Below are positions 61,015-64,000 of a stretch of 64,000 nucleotides of DNA, in pieces. A program made the translations under genes and the position numbers. The stretch is from Selaginella moellendorffii (Eukaryota; Plantae; Lycopodiophyta), in NCBI RefSeq assembly GCF_000143415.4, contig NW_003314279.1, positions 1,102,091 through 1,166,090 on the forward strand, read 5' to 3'. The first letter of the stretch is position 1. Each line of letters starts with the position of its first letter. The notes beneath the pieces were generated by a model. It had not been told where the DNA came from, searched no databases, and saw nothing but the letters and a program-made list of their open reading frames with translations.

Positions 61015-62380
61015 CCTGGAACTTCGACACGAAGAATGTGGTGATTCTTGTCATCTACAATAGCTGCCTTGAGACGTTTGCTCGTGGCTGCAGCAGAAAA
61101 GGAAAAGAAATCGTGTCCAGCTCGGCCTCGTCATGGTCCTCAATTGGCACTGTCGGCGCAGCGGCCCCCTTGGGAAGGCGAATGGTGAGAATCTCATCCT
61201 GCAGATTAGCTATTAAACCGTCGACGTTGGCGTAAGGAGGAACGGCAAGCTTCTCGGGGCGGTAAACGTCCATCTCCGTGGAAACAAGCACACCCCGTCC
61301 ATGTTTTTCAACATGCACTTGATCCAGCGACGAGAGACCTGTACAGTAGTACGCAAGAGAAAAAAAAACATGAGATAACGTTGTCTGCAGTTGACTTACC
61401 CGGCACTTGCACATCGACAGTGTAGAACTGCTGGTTCTCGAAGGACGACCACAATAGCTTGCGCTTGTCATATCCTGAACGCCACAGAGAAAAAGAAATA
61501 AAAAAACTCCAGGCAGGATCAAAGCCATACCTTTATTAATGTGCTTGAGGCAGTTTAGCAGCAGCTGGTAAGCATGTTTCTTCTCAAAGTTGTAGAGAGC
61601 AACTAGACCGCCGTGATCAGGGAACTGAGGCAGCCCCCCGGCATCAGCCACCTCCTGCGCCAACTCGAGGCCCCTGCCACACTTTGTCAAGGAAGCGTTG
61701 GAGAAGAAATCAGTGCATGGAACGACTGGTGTAGCATATGAGCTAGATTGCTCCTCGATCAGAATGGTGAGGTTGCTGGACTGCAGACCTAAAAACCTGG
61801 TCCAGCACTCAGCGCCAAACAGACGCGCCTGCTCCTGCAACTCGTGCACGTTTGGCTCCCCGGAGAAGACTTCCTTCTCGGCTCGGCAGGCAAGACTCCG
61901 GCAAAAGTCGTGGACGAGGCGTGTTTCTTCACGTGTGCAGTAATGTAGGGGGGGCTCTCCACGCGAGTCCCGCTTTGCATCCTCCCAGACGTCGTCCACG
62001 AGCTTGATCATGTGTGTATATGGGACGGGGTAGTCGCCTATGTCGTCAAACCCGAGTGGTTTTTCAAGACGGGGGAATTGGCCGCCCACAATTTCGGTGT
62101 ACTTGAGGCTGTGATGCAGGAGAAACCCCTGGAGGCATCTGGTGGTAAGATCCGAGTTGCCCAGCACCTTAAAGGCTTGGCCGAGGACACGGTTGTCTAG
62201 GCGGAGCATCACCATCCACAGAAACTCTCCAAACTCTTTGTAGGCTTCCTGGGTGGGTGGTTTGCTCACCTGAGAGACATTCCTGCCTTCACTGCCGCTC
62301 CTACTCCTACTCGCGATTGCTGTGTGGATGCCACTCCTACTCCTAGTCACCGTTGCCATGTGAATCAGCCGCCTGAACAT
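61015..62380 (-). CDS. Uncharacterised protein with R/S-rich N-terminus and C-terminal alpha-crystallin/HSP20-like domain(s); 3' end uncertain
   Basis: After splicing: YTVDVQVP|GLSSLDQVHVE...LAVPPYANVDGLIANLQDEILTIRLPK, then HHILRVEVP|G beginning a second ACD-like unit. Confidence 0.6.
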
Positions 62381-64000
62381 ATTTTAGGGCTTGGCTCGTT
62401 TGTCCAGGAGTTGACATTGTAGAACTGAATTGAACAAAGCTTGCTTAATTGCATAAGTTTGGATAAAACGACACTGTCACTGTTTTGGGAGTAGATTCCT
62501 CCGTTACCATGCTGCAAATTCAGTATTTTGTATTCCTAAAGCACATCCGCTTAAAAACTCTCTAGGCTTTCAAACATGAGATTAGGATCTAGTTGGCGAT
62601 GAATAATCCAAACCTGGGAAATCTGACACCAGCAAAAGTGGAGGTAGCTGTCAACAACTTGATGGGCCTGTCATATGATTGTCTTAGCCATTTAGCTGGG
62701 TACCCCAGTAATGTAGCGTCAAAGACCATCACATAACATGGGAATTCTGATTGTGCTTGTCTTTTGCTGAGTGATGTGAACTTGTTAATTCAAGCATACT
62801 TCCTGATACAATAATTTCCTTTGTGTGTTTAAAATATTCTTCTTTTGTATTAAGTCACTACACACAGACTCTGGAGTGGCTGCAACACTACTGCATGAGG
62901 TGAGATACAACAGGTTCTCAAGGGCTCCTACCACTACATCTTAGCTAAGCAGTACAGGTTTGGTTTTTAAATTTTCTTTGATTTTGGCTTATGTTAATTG
63001 TCAGGGATGGGGGTGCACACCTTCCACTAACAAAGATGTCAAGGGTGGTTAACAATAAGAGCGCATTAGAGGTGGCGTGGACTTCGTACATGTTTGCTAC
63101 AGCACCACTTCTAAGTCGCTAGGCTCTCGTTTCTCAGTACGTAACTCTTTCAGGTTTCATACAGGTACTGGACCTGCTCGTGTCGACACAGCTGCACTAC
63201 TGCAACAAGTTGCCTGAGCTCTCAACTGCAAGGAGGTTTCCACTCATGGAAGCTTTACTGGCAAGCGTGATACACATGAAAGGCAGGGGTATTTGTTGAA
63301 TAAAGGTAAAAGGATTTCCCGACTTTTATTGTTTTTACAAGGGCTTTCAAGAACACAACCATAGCAGTATTGTAAATTTATGAATGCTCATGGATCACTG
63401 GTAGTTGTTTGTTGCTTTCTAGGGACTGAGGAGACAACAAGCACCAGTTGGAATTTTTCGACTCAACGGGACAATGTACATTTTATGAGCATGAGATGAG
63501 GCTCATGGACAGCATACCAGTTTATGAGTGGCTCTCCATGGCAGGAGTGGAATTTATCATCCAAGGCAGCATTCACTAGTTTGATCATTCACTAGCTTGA
63601 TCATACTTTTGCAATGAGCAAAGAGATAAATATAGCTCAACTGACAATGACGTCTCTCAGCTCAACTGATGGTGAGTGCGCTCTGTAGGGTGATCATGGG
63701 CTCCATGGTTGTCTTTGCTAATCTCTTCTTGGCTGAGAATGTGTTGCAAGTATGCTGTTGATCGCAGCATAGTGATAGTGAGCTTAATTGCTAAGGTAGT
63801 GCAAATGCAAGTTTAAGGTTTAATTAAGTTTGAATCTGAAAAAAAAGTTATTATATCAAAGGTTTAGTTTAATTTAAGTTTGAAAAAAGAGGACGAAGGA
63901 TCAAATATATAAATTAATTTTTCCTCTCCAAGAAATGATCCATAATGAAGTATGATGTCATTATTCATGTTCACATCATATAATCAATAATATTTACTTT

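Noticed and set aside
62400-63700. Exon-like patches with GT/AG sites on the + strand
   Set aside because: Multiple stops and no identifiable family; possibly a pseudogene remnant.

Overview
Eukaryotic plant nuclear DNA. Very short introns (about 47-70 nt), high gene density, the style of the PLS-PPR genes and the TE set suggest a lycophyte, probably Selaginella (inference). The left half (1.5-31 kb) is gene-rich: an LRR receptor-like pseudogene, PPR genes, tRNA-Asp and a tRNA-His pseudogene, and nine divergent intronless ATL-type TM-RING-H2 E3 ligase genes interleaved with a PPR-CBS gene, an RWP-RK transcription factor and RAD54. The right half is a segmental duplication (GDSL lipase / ecdysoneless-SGT1 / VIT / alpha-crystallin-domain gene) heavily invaded by retroelements. 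These are: (i) a TRIM carrying a Cassandra-like solo LTR and a Tcn1/Tf1-like chromovirus with a self-priming PBS and a GGGAAAC -1 frameshift signal, broken by a clean inversion; (ii) 5S-carrying Cassandra-like TRIMs; and (iii) a young three-LTR Galadriel-like chromovirus. The most striking observation is that the integrase of element (iii) is interrupted by two short canonical GT-AG introns (47 and 52 nt) whose removal restores the reading frame exactly, so a functional integrase-chromodomain would need splicing while the genomic RNA stays unspliced.
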